From Mobula hypostoma (Eukaryota), in contig NC_086108.1 in the NCBI RefSeq assembly GCF_963921235.1, forward strand, positions 80,602,001 through 80,666,000: DNA of 64,000 nt. Reading direction: 5' to 3'. Below are positions 25,992 to 38,132 of this stretch, one piece after another (positions within the stretch are counted from its first letter, which is position 1; the number at the start of each line of letters is the position of its first letter). Below the pieces are notes generated by a model. It ran no database searches and was not told where the DNA came from. It saw nothing but the letters and a program-made list of their open reading frames with translations. The position numbers and the translations under genes are program-made.

Positions 25992-28007
25992 TGTTACATA
26001 CCTCATGGGTATCTTGTGACTGTCTCATGACCATGATGCAATTGAGTAGCTTGTGAGCATGATGTATGTAATGATCTTGTGATGGTGAGGTGATGTGAGT
26101 TTCCTGCCAGTATGAGGTCACGTAATGACATGTTCTCAACAGCTACATAACTGGAAACCCCTGTTGTTACACAGTTGATTCGTTGTTTAATTTGTCAGTT
26201 ACTCCATTATGCTCCGTATCGTCTCATGGCGCAGTTTCGTTTTAAAGTGAAGTTTTACTTTCTATTGTAAGGTAAAATCATGCCGGCAGTTTTGCCCATC
26301 GCTGCCAGTTTTGTTTGGTGCACTTTGATTTACCTTTACAGTCTAGTATTGGAGAGTGAGGACCTTACTAAAGTACGGGAACCTGAAGGATCGAGTAAAG
26401 TTGGTGTCGTTCGGCGGTTTAATACAGTATCAACCTTACTGAATCTTCGTTCAGGAATAGTTTTTTTCAGTGTTCATTCGCCAGGAAAAGTCAGTTTCTT
26501 TAAGCCGTTTTATTTCCCTCGCCGTGAATCCTTTGGACAGAATCAGCAGTAACGTCATGTCTTCGAAGAAATCCGTTTCCAGAGAAGTCTCTCCTTATTG
26601 ACTGTGTAGATCACTTGGACTTTCAAATTTACCATTTTAAGACTGTGTTCAAATTTACCACCTTAAGAACTGTTCCAGAGTTGCCGTATAGCAGTCAACT
26701 TCCGGTTAAGTTAGTCATTTGAATACTTTTTGCTATTGTTGAGCAGAGTTTAATAAATGTTTATGTTTGTTTATAAACATAGAACATAGAATAGTACAGC
26801 ACAGTACATGCCCTTTGGCCCACAGTGTTGTGCCGACCCTCAAACCCTGCCTCTCATATAAGCCCCCACCTTAGGTTCCTCCATATACCTGTCTAGTAGT
26901 CTCTTAAACTTCACTAGTGTATCTGCCTCCACCACTGACTCAGGCAGTGCATTCCACTCACCAACCACTCTCTGAGTAAAAAACCTTCCTCTAATATCCC
27001 CCTTGAACTTCCCACCCCTTACCTTAAAGCCATGTCCTCTTGTATTGAGCAGTCGTGCCCTGGGGAAGAGGCGCTGGCTATCCACTCTATCTATTCCTCT
27101 TATTATCTTGTACACCTCTATCATGTCTCCTTTCATCCTCCTTCTCTCCAAAGAGTAAAGCCCTAGCTCCCTTAATCTCTGATCATAATGCATACTTTCT
27201 AAACCAGGCAGCATCCTGGTAAATCTCCTCTGTACCCTTTCCAATGCTTCCACATCCTTCCTATAGTGAGGTGACCAGAACTGGACACAGTACTCCAAGT
27301 GTGGCCTAACCAGAGTTTTATAGAGCTGCATCATTACATCGCGACTCTTAAACTCTATCCCTCGACTTATGAAAGCTAACAGCCCATAAGCTTTCTTAAC
27401 TACCCCAACCACCTGTGAGGCAACTTTCAGGGATCTGTGGACATGTACCCCGAGATCTCTCTGCTCCTCCACACTACCAAGTATCCTGCCATTTACTTTG
27501 TACTCTGCCTTGGAGTTTGTCCTTCCAAAGTGTACCACCTCACACTTCTCCAGGTTGAACTCCATCTACCACTTCTCAGCCCACTTCTGCATCCTATCAA
27601 TGTCTCTCTGCAATCTTTGACAATCCTCTACACTATCTACAACACCACCAACCTTTGTGTTGTCTGCAAACTTGCCAACCCACCCTTCTACCCCCACATC
27701 CAGGTTGTTAATAAAAATCACGAAAAGTAGAGGTCCCAGAACAGATCCTTGTGGGACACCTCTAGTCACAATCCTCCAATCTGAATGTACTCCCTCCACC
27801 ACCACCCTCTGCCTTCTGCAGGCAAGTCAATTCTGAATCCACCTGGCCAAACTTCCCTGGATCCCATGCCTTCTAACTTTCTGAATAAGCCTACCCTGTG
27901 GAACCTTGTCAAATGCCTTACTAAAATCCATATAGATCACATCCACTGCACTGCCCTCATTTAAAACTTTACTCAATTCTATATTCATTGTTGCTAGTCA
28001 CATGACA
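25992..28007 (+). mobile_element. Solo LTR (~830 bp net) with 4-bp TSD CATA, interrupted by a CR1
   Basis: Termini TGTTAC...ATGACA, CATA at 25988-25991 and 28008-28011, and AATAAA at ~26752. Confidence 0.8.
26777..27960 (-). mobile_element. Young 5'-truncated CR1 LINE nested in the solo LTR
   Basis: ORFs 27566-27805 and 26840-27565 (GVPQGSVLGP, FADNTK, RPHLEYCVQFWSP) separated by one stop. (TTCTATG)n tail. Confidence 0.95.
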
Positions 28008-28029
28008 CATACATTATCTCTTGAAATTT

Positions 28030-28525
28030 ATTGCCATGATTAAAAATTACTTAAAGTTGCAAAAGTTAACAAATAGTGCAAAAGATGAATAATGAAGTTC
28101 ATGGACCATTCAGAAACCTGATGGCTCAGGGAAAAAAAGCTGTTTTTAAAACGTAGAGTATCAGTCTTCAGAGTCTTGTACCTGCTCCTGAATGGTAGTA
28201 ATGCAAAAAGGGCAGGTCTTGATGGTGACACTATTTAATGATGGTTGCTACCTTCGTGAGACACCGCCTCTTGACGATGTCCTTGGTGGTGGAGAGGGTT
28301 GTGTCCATGATGGAATGGGCTGAGTTACAACCTTTTGCAGTCTGTGGCAACCCTGTGCATTGGAGGCTCTATACCAAGCTGTGATGCAACCAATCAAAAT
28401 GCTCTTCACTATACATCTGTAGAGATTTGTGAGTCTTTGGTGACATACAAAATCTCCTCAAACTCCTAATAAATTAAAGCCACTCACAAGCCTTCTTCTT
28501 GTGACGGCAAAAATGTGTTGGGCCC
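28030..28525 (-). mobile_element. Rex/Babar LINE 3' remnant
   Basis: ORF 28040-28231 includes PALFALLPFRSRYKTLKTDTLRFKNSFF. Confidence 0.75.
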
Positions 28526-29684
28526 ATCTTTGATTCTGCAGAATAAAACTGGATTAATATAAGATTAACATAAATGGGTAGTTGATGGTCTGTGTGGACT
28601 CAGTAGGCCAAAGGGCCTTTAGGACTACCCATGGAGTAGACTCCAAGAGGCCTTTCAGTTCAAAATTACATTACTATCCTTTAATGTTCTAGATCAAATC
28701 CAGGTAATATTACATGGATATCAAATTAGATCACACTGCTCTGCACCTCGCTCTCATTTATCAGCCTTTGTTCTACTTCATTTGTGGAAATGCCCAACAA
28801 AAATCTATCAACCTCAGTCATGAAAATTTTAAAGGACGTAGCAGTTACAGCCTTTTACATGACAACTTTCAGATTTTCACCTCCACTTAAGTCAAAAGTG
28901 CTTCATAATTCCACTTTTAAATGGGACACAATAATTTTTAGATTATAGGATTGCAATCTGGGGTGTTCTCCCGAAGAAAGTAGCTTCATTGACTAATTTA
29001 TCAATTATTTTTAAACATACCAATTCAGCCACCTTCTAAACTCAAGAGAACTGCATCATGCTACTAATGTCTGGATGACAACAGATAACCAAGTACCAAT
29101 TGTGAATCAGACAAGAATCTTTTGATCTTCATTATTTGCACATACTGTAAATTAAACATTACCTTTACCCTTAATGCTTTTGGGAAGGATTTCATCTGAT
29201 AGACAGAGGTAGATCAATTACCTCTTCATCCCCTGGTAACAACAAGCCAGTAGTAACATGAAATACATTTTACTTACATGGGTGGGTACAGCTGATGCAA
29301 TAATGATGTTCAACATCTCCAAAAACAATCAAGTTGCCTGACCATTGTTTCACCCACAAATCTAAACACATCCATTTACATCAATACAAATCATGATTAT
29401 TGTTTGCTTTATATAATCTCTTCAGACTAATTCACTACCTCAGTCACAGTGTATCTAAGTATTTTCAGACACATTAGGTGGATAAATAGAGGGTACAGGT
29501 ACAAGGAATGAATTGAATCAGGAAGGATTGGCACAAGTAGAGGAAATATTAAGATCAGAGGCACGAGTCAAACCAATGGAGGAAAGGATAGCCAATTAAT
29601 GTTATTCTTTATTAATTTATGAAACTAAATTCATTTAACCTCTCTCCTGTATTTACAACAGTTGTGTGCATGGATCTTCTCCAA

Positions 29685-30015
29685 GAATCGTCACCTTGCC
29701 CAGGTGGAGAGGCTTGTGAGTTCCTGAGATCCCGAGACTAATGCCGTCTAGAATTTAGCGCTTGGTAAGGTCACCCATGGTGATAAGGTCAAGGGGAAGA
29801 TTCAGACAAAGAGTGTTCGAAACAAACCTCAACGGTGGAGCTAGCAGAAAATGGTGAGACATCTCAACATCAGTCAAGGTGGAGTAAGAGTCCCTAGTCA
29901 TGCCACTGGACTCTGATCCTGATCTACCAAGCACCACACAGCAGATGCCCATGCATCAGTCTCCTCATGTGAAACAAAGTTACACACAGATATTCTCCAT
30001 CAAGGAAATCCCCCC
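29685..30015 (+). mobile_element. RTE-related non-autonomous element remnant
   Basis: caccttg...gtggagaggcttgtg...ggtcacccatgg...aaggtcaagggga resembles an RTE-clade 5'UTR (pattern recall only). Confidence 0.4.
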
Positions 30016-30299
30016 TAACATCCTGGATTAATTTCCATGGCAAATGTTATGGTCATCTTCAAATGTAAAATACAAGAAAAATTCATTATTAAAGCAATAT
30101 AGATTAATTGCAAATAAGTAGATAAGTGGCTGTTTCTATGCTGGTCTCTCTGTGGCTCAAAAGATATGGAGAGATATAGATGGATAAAGAGTGGGTGAGG
30201 GATGACTAAAACTGGTAAATAATTGAAATTACCTTACACGATTCACTGCAAAATATAAATAGGAGCGTGTAGGGTGTAATCATTCTACACATTACTGTA

Positions 30300-31112
30300 A
30301 TGGAATCCAAATCATCATATCTCAAAACGTAAGATTTAGACTGGGATGCAATTTGGGATAATGTCGCTGGTGCTTTGAAAAACCCAAATCATCAGTATAT
30401 ACACTTGAAATTTTGTCATAGAGCATGTTTAACACCGAGAATTAGACATCGAATGGGACTGGTTCCTGACCCATATTGCTCATTTTGCCCCCAAGGAACC
30501 ATTGACTCTTTTATACACATAGTATGGGAATGTCCAGGGGTTTTTCGTTTGTGGGGGGTTATCAGTACTCTTAGAGAACTAACGGGGGTACAATTACCGA
30601 TGGACCCCGCTGTACATCTTCTAAATGATGACTCCCACCTTTCTCTTACAGAAAAAATACACAAAGTCTGGCTGGCAGGCCTGACTGCAGCTAAGAAGAT
30701 TGTAGTCCAGCACTGGAAACCTCCTCATGATATTTCAAATACTCACTTGCTTCAGAGCTTTTTGGACATTTCTTACCCAGAACTTTCATCAGCAAGAGTA
30801 AATGATGTATGACCCAACACAACCTTAATGTGGACAAATTTGATATCTAACTTAAAAGATCTTCTGTTAAAATAGGAATGCTCTGCCTGTGTATGCACTA
30901 CTATTCAGTTGGTTGGTGGAGAGGAGAGGGATGGAGGGGGGAGAGAGGGGTGGAAGGGGGAGGGGTGCAGAGGGGAGTGGGGATGAGGAAGAGGATGAGG
31001 GGTAATGAAGGTTGGGGGGTGGCTGGGTTAAACAGTCATAATGTAATCGGCAACTGGTTGTATTGAATGTAATTGGTGTTGCAATAAAAAATTAGTGATT
31101 AAAAAAATAAAA
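30300..31112 (+). mobile_element. L1/Tx1-clade LINE 3' fragment
   Basis: ORF 30375-30812 has the zinc knuckle PYCSFCPQGTIDSFIHIVWECP and AKKIVVQHWK. It is followed by a G-rich 3'UTR, AATAAA and an A-rich tail. Confidence 0.85.
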
Positions 31113-31117
31113 TCTGG

Positions 31118-31688
31118 TGTAAGCCTCAGGTTCGGCCGGTGGTGTTAGTCTAGGGGAAGACAATCTCTGGCCCTGTCACACTTGTGAAATTTTATTTGTG
31201 TGGATGCTGTGCGATCTGTTACCCTGTTACAAATCAGTATTACAAATGTCAGACAGCACACCATATACAATTAAACAATTGAGCTTTATAATTCTTAATT
31301 TGACTATAGGGTTAGTAAAGAAAACAAAAAGAAAAAGGGCCCATTTTAATGAAACAGTCTAATGTGCACATTGGAGCTCACGGTTTTCCCGTCCGTTAGT
31401 TCTCCATCGATTCCCCCCCGCCCCCCCCCGAGCGTCGTCGATTCCTGGCCCCACTCCGTCCTGCAGTCTACGACCTCTCCGCTCCGGCATCTTCTCTCTC
31501 CATCTTCTGCCGAACAAAAGACCACGAATACCTCGCTCTCAGGCACACAACAAGAAAAAAAAGCACTCCCCTCATGGGACGGCGGAACATACCAAAGCCC
31601 CATTATCTCTGGTCATAACCTAAACACTGCTGCTACAGAGCAACCATTACCTTAGCAGTGAAACCTTTCCCAGGACGAAGGCGTTACA
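31118..31688 (-). mobile_element. Gypsy solo LTR, 571 bp, 4-bp TSD CTGG
   Basis: Termini TGTAA...TTACA with CTGG at 31114-31117 and 31689-31692. Its reverse complement is homologous to the Gypsy 3' LTR at 41875-43824. Confidence 0.88.
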
Positions 31689-32122
31689 CTGGTCCAACGT
31701 AAAACAAAGTAAAATGGGACACACAGGTAAGCCTAAAATATCTTGTGTATTATTCAAGCATTCAGAAGTGTATACCTTCGGTAATCAAAAGCAGGTTTGT
31801 AAACAAAAATTAATCGAAATTCATTTACCGTGACTCCACTGAAGAGACAGCTTAACAGATTACAAGCACAGTTTATATGGGCCAACAAAAGCCCATCACC
31901 TTTTCAGGATGTAGAATATCTGAATCAGAAGTATAGAGTGTTTGTTCTATTCAAAGTAATGCGCCTGCTTCTCGAACATTCACGGGAGTGTTTGTGTGCA
32001 GAGGCATGGAACGGAACGATGAACTTAAAATGCTTAAAATGAATAAGTTCATCAATAACCATATATTCCATTTTATTATATCATTGAAGAAGTGGAAGCT
32101 TTATGTTATGCACATCCTAGTT

Positions 32123-33478
32123 CAGGGGTCCTCAACCTTTTTTGCACCGCGGACTGGTTTAATATTGACCATATTCTTGCAGACCGGCTGACCGGGGGTG
32201 GTGGGGTGGGGTGGTAGGGTTGCCAATGGACAAGAGTAGCAGTCAAATACGGGACACTTGTGTTTATCTCGAGAAAGACTACCATGACCATGAAGCCTTG
32301 CGCGGGCACCTGTGTGCGCACGTGTGTACCTGCTGATTTTTTTCTACAAATCGTTTTTGGCGATTCTGTTCAGTGAAACTACACTGTACATATATTATTT
32401 CTACTTTATATAGGTTGTGTATTTATCATATCATTCCTGCTTTTACTATGATGTTAATATTATTTTAGGTTTTATGTTTTATTTGGTATGATTTGGTAGG
32501 TTATTTTTTGGGTCTGGGAACGCTCAAAATTTTTCCCATATAAATTAAAGTTAATTGCTTCTTCGCTTTACGCCATTTCGGCACGAAAGGTTTCATAGGA
32601 ATGCTCCACCTTAGTGGGGGAAATATGGGACAAGGGTGGTCCCGTATGGGACAAATCAATTTAGCCCAATATACAGGATGTCCCGGCTAATATGGGACAG
32701 TTGGCAACCCTGGGGGGGTGCGGGGGGATGTTAATCACGACCGGAATATAGGTGATAAGCCAACTATAAGTCACTTATAAGTGGCTAATACACTCAATTT
32801 TGTTTCTAAAAGGGTTTATCTAACGAATTTAATATTAAACACACAGCGCATATTTTCCTCGCATGAATATAGTGATAAGTCAATTATAAGTCACTTATAA
32901 GTCAATAGCATCATAACATTTTAAGTAACGTTTGGATATTAAACACACGGCACATATTTTCCCTCGTATGAACATATAAAATCATTGCAACACACCAATA
33001 TCGCTGAATCAGTGGGAGCCCTGGGCTTGTTTCCCTGCAACAAGACGGTCCCATCGAGGGGTGATGGGAGACAGCGATACTCGAAGGGGGTTCCTTATGT
33101 CCAGTCTATTCCGCAATTTAGTTTTTGTTGCACTCATTGCAGAAAACCCCGCTTCACAGAGATATGATGTTGGAAATGGAAGCAACGTTTTCAGTGCTTT
33201 TGTGGCTATCTCAGGATATTCAGCCTTGACTTTGATCCAGAATGCCGGCAGAGATGTTCTGTCAAACATACTTTTCAGCCCACTGTTATTTGCAAGCTCG
33301 AGGAGTTGATCTTCTTCCCGCGCTGATGTGGATGACGCGTGGGTCATGACCTCGCATGCATAATGACCTTGCGTGCATTCAAGTTCAACAGTGCATGACA
33401 GGGAATGAGGAAAGGTGCAGCTGACTCATATCACCAAATCATATCGTTTCCTCGCGGCCCGGTGGTTGGGGACCACTG
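32123..33478 (-). mobile_element. hAT (Buster/Charlie group) non-autonomous element with transposase C-terminal dimerisation-domain remnant
   Basis: TIRs caggggtcctcaacc and ggttggggaccactg, and a perfect 8-bp TSD TCCTAGTT (32115-32122, 33479-33486). ORF 33009-33347 reads FWIKVKAEYPEIATKALKTLLPFPTSYLCEAGFS...KTKLRNRLD...QAQGSH. Confidence 0.93.
32215..32712. mobile_element. Nested MITE with TAGGGTTGCCAA inverted termini (Blackjack-like hAT)
   Basis: tagggttgccaa (32215-32226) and ttggcaaccctg (32701-32712), with repeated subterminal GGGACA motifs. Confidence 0.7.
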
Positions 33479-33499
33479 TCCTAGTTCACATGATAAGTA

Positions 33500-34060
33500 T
33501 AATTACGATCAGGCTATGGCACAGTGCCTTTCATCAATCAGGGCAGGGAGTATAGTTGGAACATTATAATGCAGTTGCACTGGATGTCGAGGCTGCATTT
33601 TGAGCACAATAGTTTCAGATACCTTATTATAGAAAGAAACATCATTAAACTGGAAAGAGTGTAGAGAAGATATTGGAGAATGCTGCTAGGCAGAGGCTGG
33701 GCAGACAAGGACTTTAATATCTGGAAAATTTAAGACTGAGAGGTGACTATAGAATATGTATAAAATCATGAGGAACATAAATAAAATGAATGTACACAGT
33801 CTTTTTCCCAGGGAGAAGTCAAATCCTAGAGGGTATAGATTGAGGATGAGAGGGGAATGATTTAAAAGGCACCTGAAGTGCAATTTTCTCACACAGAGGT
33901 GGTATGTATATGGAATGGGCTGCCAGAGAAAGTGGTCAAGGTAAGTACAATAACCTTCAAAATATACTTGGACAAGTACATGTATAGGAAAGGTTCATGG
34001 GGATATGGGCTAAGAGCGGGCAAGTGGGACTAGCTCAAATAGGCATCTTGGTTGGCATGG
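33500..34060 (+). mobile_element. Old CR1 3' remnant
   Basis: Degenerate LERV.RR, RLRGD, F.QRVV..WN.LP motifs and a CR1 3'UTR. Confidence 0.75.
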
Positions 34061-34779
34061 GTAAAATTTAATTTACTAAACGAGACTCTAGTAGATAAAT
34101 ATTACAGCTTCATGCCATCACATTGACTTCTGCAGCAAATTTATAGATGAGAACTGCTATAGTAAAAACCAGGGGAATGGAGCAGCTGTCATTTCCTGCT
34201 TTTCATTGTGCAAGCGCAGAGTCTGGAAACTGATATATAACCTACTCCATAATAACAGTGATCAGACTCACAGTTACATTCTCTTAAAAACTAGCCCAAG
34301 GTTTAATAAATTCTATACCGCATACACCTAGTCTGCATTCTCCACAAACTCCAGGACACTGCCCTTTTCCAACTGATGTGCAGAATGTGATCACATAAAT
34401 TTTATTATTGCTATGTGGTAGGGTGCTTCCCATCAAAATTACAGGGGATGTTTTGGGATGAGGAAAGGAGAAAACAGTGTCTACAATACAAACCAACGCT
34501 ACACAATGGATGGAACTGACATTCAATGCCACCTACAACTATATCAAGCCTTATTATTTTAAGGAACACTAATGTCTATATTTAGTAATGGTCAAGCAAT
34601 TTCTGCACATGATTTTTTAAAATATCTGAATCAAAGACTTAATAAAATTTACTATTTTTATGCCAATGTCATTTTAACACAAATAATTTGATTGGTTTAC
34701 ATGTGTTAATTGAACATTCAAGGTACATCTGCAACAAATGAGGCTTGGAGGCTTTCAGACTTCCAAGAACTAAGACAAT

Positions 34780-35525
34780 AAAACCATAAGATATAGGAGC
34801 AGAATTAGGCCTTTTGGGCCAACAAATCTGCTCCACTATTTCATCATGGCTGATCCATTTTTTTCCTCTCAGCCCAAATCTCCTGCCTTTTCCCGTATCC
34901 CTTCACGCCTTGACCAATCAAGAATCTATCAACCTCTGCCTTAAATATGCATAAAGAGTTGGCTTCCACAGCTGCTTGCAATGAATTCCACAGATTCACC
35001 ACACTCTGGCTAAAGAAATTCCTCCTCATCTCCACTCTAAAACGATGCCCCTCTATTCTGAGGTTGTGTCCTTTGGTCTTAGATTCTCCCACCAGAGGAA
35101 ATATCATTTTCACATCCACTCTCTCAAGGCCTTGCACCATTCGATAGGTTTCAATTAGGTCACCTCTCATTCTTCTAAATTCCACTGAATACAAGCCGAG
35201 AGCCATCAAATGTTCTTCATATGATGAGCCGTTTAATCCTGGAATAATTTTTGTGAACCTCCTTTGAACCCTCTCCAGTTTCAGCACATCCTTTCTGAGA
35301 TAAGAGGCTCAAAGCTGCACACAGTACTCTATGTGAGGCCTCACCAATGCTTTATAAAGTCTCAACATTACATCCTTGCTTTTATATTCTAATCCTCGTG
35401 AAATGAATGCTAACATCGCATTTTCCTTCCTCACCACAGACTCTACCTGCAAATTAACATTTAGGAAAACCTGCACAAAGACTCCCCAATCCCTTTGCAT
35501 CTCAGATCTTTGTATTTTCTCTCCA
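34780..35525 (-). mobile_element. CR1 3' fragment
   Basis: ORFs 35309-35560 and 34844-35287 (LVRPHIEYCVQ; LERVQRRFTK; RRMRGDLIE). Confidence 0.9.
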
Positions 35526-37872
35526 AGTGTATAATGAAAATGATAAAAGCAATGAAACAAAATGCCTAATTAAGTAAACAAGAGATGTCTATGTAACCTG
35601 TGTCAAGTCTCCTGACTGATAATGATCTACTTATGTGACTCTCTGAGATAATGGCAATCATTAATCCTCACCGTCACTGGTGTAGCCCACTTGGAGAGTT
35701 TCCATTTCCCTCAATCATACTGCCCTTTGACATAATTAATAACATCACCCGCCAATATTACTGTATCTCTGTCAGTGCAATGCTACTATGCACACAACAA
35801 AACTGCATTCATGATATCTACATAGTGTATGCTGCCTGGACATTTAAGTCAATCTGCTTCTGTCAGGTCACCTTTCCTTAAAGACCTGGATTTTTTTTTG
35901 TTGTTGTTGTTAAGTATGTATCCAAATGCTCTAATAAATTCATCATTAAATCTATTTCCACCAGGTTTCAGGCTGCGCAGTTCAGATCATTATTGAATAC
36001 GGCTCATCTCTTTATCTCCCATATATTTTGTATCAATTGTCTTAAATCTGCAATCTCTAGTTATCACCACAGTGAGATCCTGTAAAAATATTCTAAGTTT
36101 TATATTATTAAATCTCCAAGTATCATTTGTCCTATTAACAATATTTCTACTCTGCACACTGAATAAGACCACTAATAAAAAAAGGTAATTTTCTGCCACA
36201 AGCCTGCAGTTATTACAAACTTAAGTAAAAATAATCACAGAAAATCCACCTTGATAGGATTAGGATTCTCCATCCCTCAGGGGATACACAAAAATTTCTT
36301 CTGTCACTTGACTCAAATGCCAGAATTAACGCTAGAATGCTCAAATTTCAGTTTTGTGGCCAAAAAAGAACAGCTTCAGACTGATCACTTATATTTTTTA
36401 ATGCCCAGGTATTCTGAAGATAAAATGAGCCTGAATGTGAAACTGCCAGTGACGATGTTTTCGGCCAAGAACCTGTTGTGCAGTAGCTAAGCTGTTGCAA
36501 AAGGGTTAGGCGGTAACACTATATTAATAAGCCACTTTACAAAGTCTGGAAGCTGGATTGGAAATAATTTTAAGCAAATGAGATGAAAGCCATGTCCACC
36601 ATACCCTAAATGAATAACATTCAGCAATATTAGTCCAGTTTCCAGCTATTCCACATCCTTCTGTTGATTCATAGCTAACTGTTACTAAATAAGTAAATAT
36701 ACTTAGGGTTCTATGATAGCAAGATGGAAATTTGTATTCTCTCACTACTTAAGGTGCTCGGTGAAAGCTGAGGCATACAATTGGGTATTTATGGTGTACC
36801 TATATTATTTCATATACCACTGACACATAACTGTGTTGAAAATATTCCAGTGCTTTAAGCTTACATCATCTGATGAATGTAAAACATTTTAAGGGAAAAA
36901 TAAATCAATTATTTCCACTTCCCCTGACAGTTTCTCTTCATACTGTGCACACTTCTACCAATAGTGAGGAAAATAATTCATCAGCATTAAAAAAAACTAA
37001 TATCAATATATTATGGAAGTTGTAAAACATTGCCCTTTATGGGGGAAAATGACAGGACTTATTTTTATCTGTTTATTAGGGTTCTACCTGAAGGAAAATT
37101 GTCAGAAATCATAAGCTATAACAAAAAAAGTGAACACAGTCATACAGTAGAAATCTATTTAATACTCTCACTAAAATTAGCAATGGAAGACAAAAGGTTC
37201 TATGAACCAGCTCAGAACAGACATCTAAGAATGGCTGAGGAGTGATGCATGAATTATACACAGGAAAAGCAATCTAGTAAACAGGCAGATACAGAATATG
37301 CTCCAGTTATTTGGCACAATATAGCATTTCATATAAAATATGTATCATTCTTGTTCATACTCTTAATTCATGAAGTGAAAGCTTGCCACTACCTGTCACT
37401 AATGACAAATCCATTATCATCAAAACATCTCTGTATATAGCATTCAAAAAATAGATCAATATTTATTCAAATCTATGATGTTTTACATTATTTCAATCAA
37501 TATGAAACAAAAATAACACTGACCTATGCTGAACTAAAATTCTTGAAATTATTGTGTAAACTAATGTTTTTCAGAATAATTCTTTTTTAGTCGATTTGTC
37601 CTTGGACTTAGTCACCGACCAAGTTTTTCAGTGCAATCTGTTTTGGAATATCTGACATCTCTTGCAGACTGGAATGCCTATGATTAAAAGCAAATAACAG
37701 CACTGACACCTACGATTCACAGTGAAAACGGTGCCTGAAATCTTTCTCAATACTTACATTACTCAAATAGTTTGCTTACACAAATTTTTTAAAAGTCAAT
37801 ATACTACTGATAATAATCCTGAGATTATCAAAATGAATGTTTCCCTTTTAAGTGGAAATAATTTTTAAAACA

Positions 37873-38132
37873 TTCTTCTTCTTCTGAAGTCCATCACCTC
37901 TACTGGGGCATAATCTGCTTACAGCAGCTCGACAGAGTCATCTGACCTGGGCCAGTCTTCCAAGTCCTCCCGAGATGTCGCCCATCTTAAGGTCCTTCCT
38001 CTCTTAGGGATGAAGTCTTTGGAGCTTCTGTTGGCATTCTGAAGTGCTGGGTTTTTACGGGGTGGAGTTGCTAGCCCCATGCGCAACCCTCCTTCTTTTG
38101 AAGCTGGGTTTGGGACCATCCGTGACGGAGTT
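37873..38132 (-). mobile_element. Short RTE-derived bipartite element/SINE with (GAA)n tail
   Basis: The minus strand carries GGGTTGCGCATGGGGCTAGCAACTCCACCCCGTAAAAAC (RTE 5'UTR-like) joined to an RTE-like 3' end and gaagaagaagaa. Confidence 0.6.

Noticed and set aside
33009..33347. ZBED/SCAND3-like host gene
   Set aside because: It lies inside TIRs with a perfect TSD and contains only the C-terminal fragment, so it is a transposon relic.
35990..36080. Acceptor-like tttttacag followed by DLTVVITRDCRFK...
   Set aside because: It ends in a stop, has no donor site and has no recognisable homology.
37523..37677. Apparent acceptor/donor pair on the minus strand
   Set aside because: Stop codons occur in all three frames.
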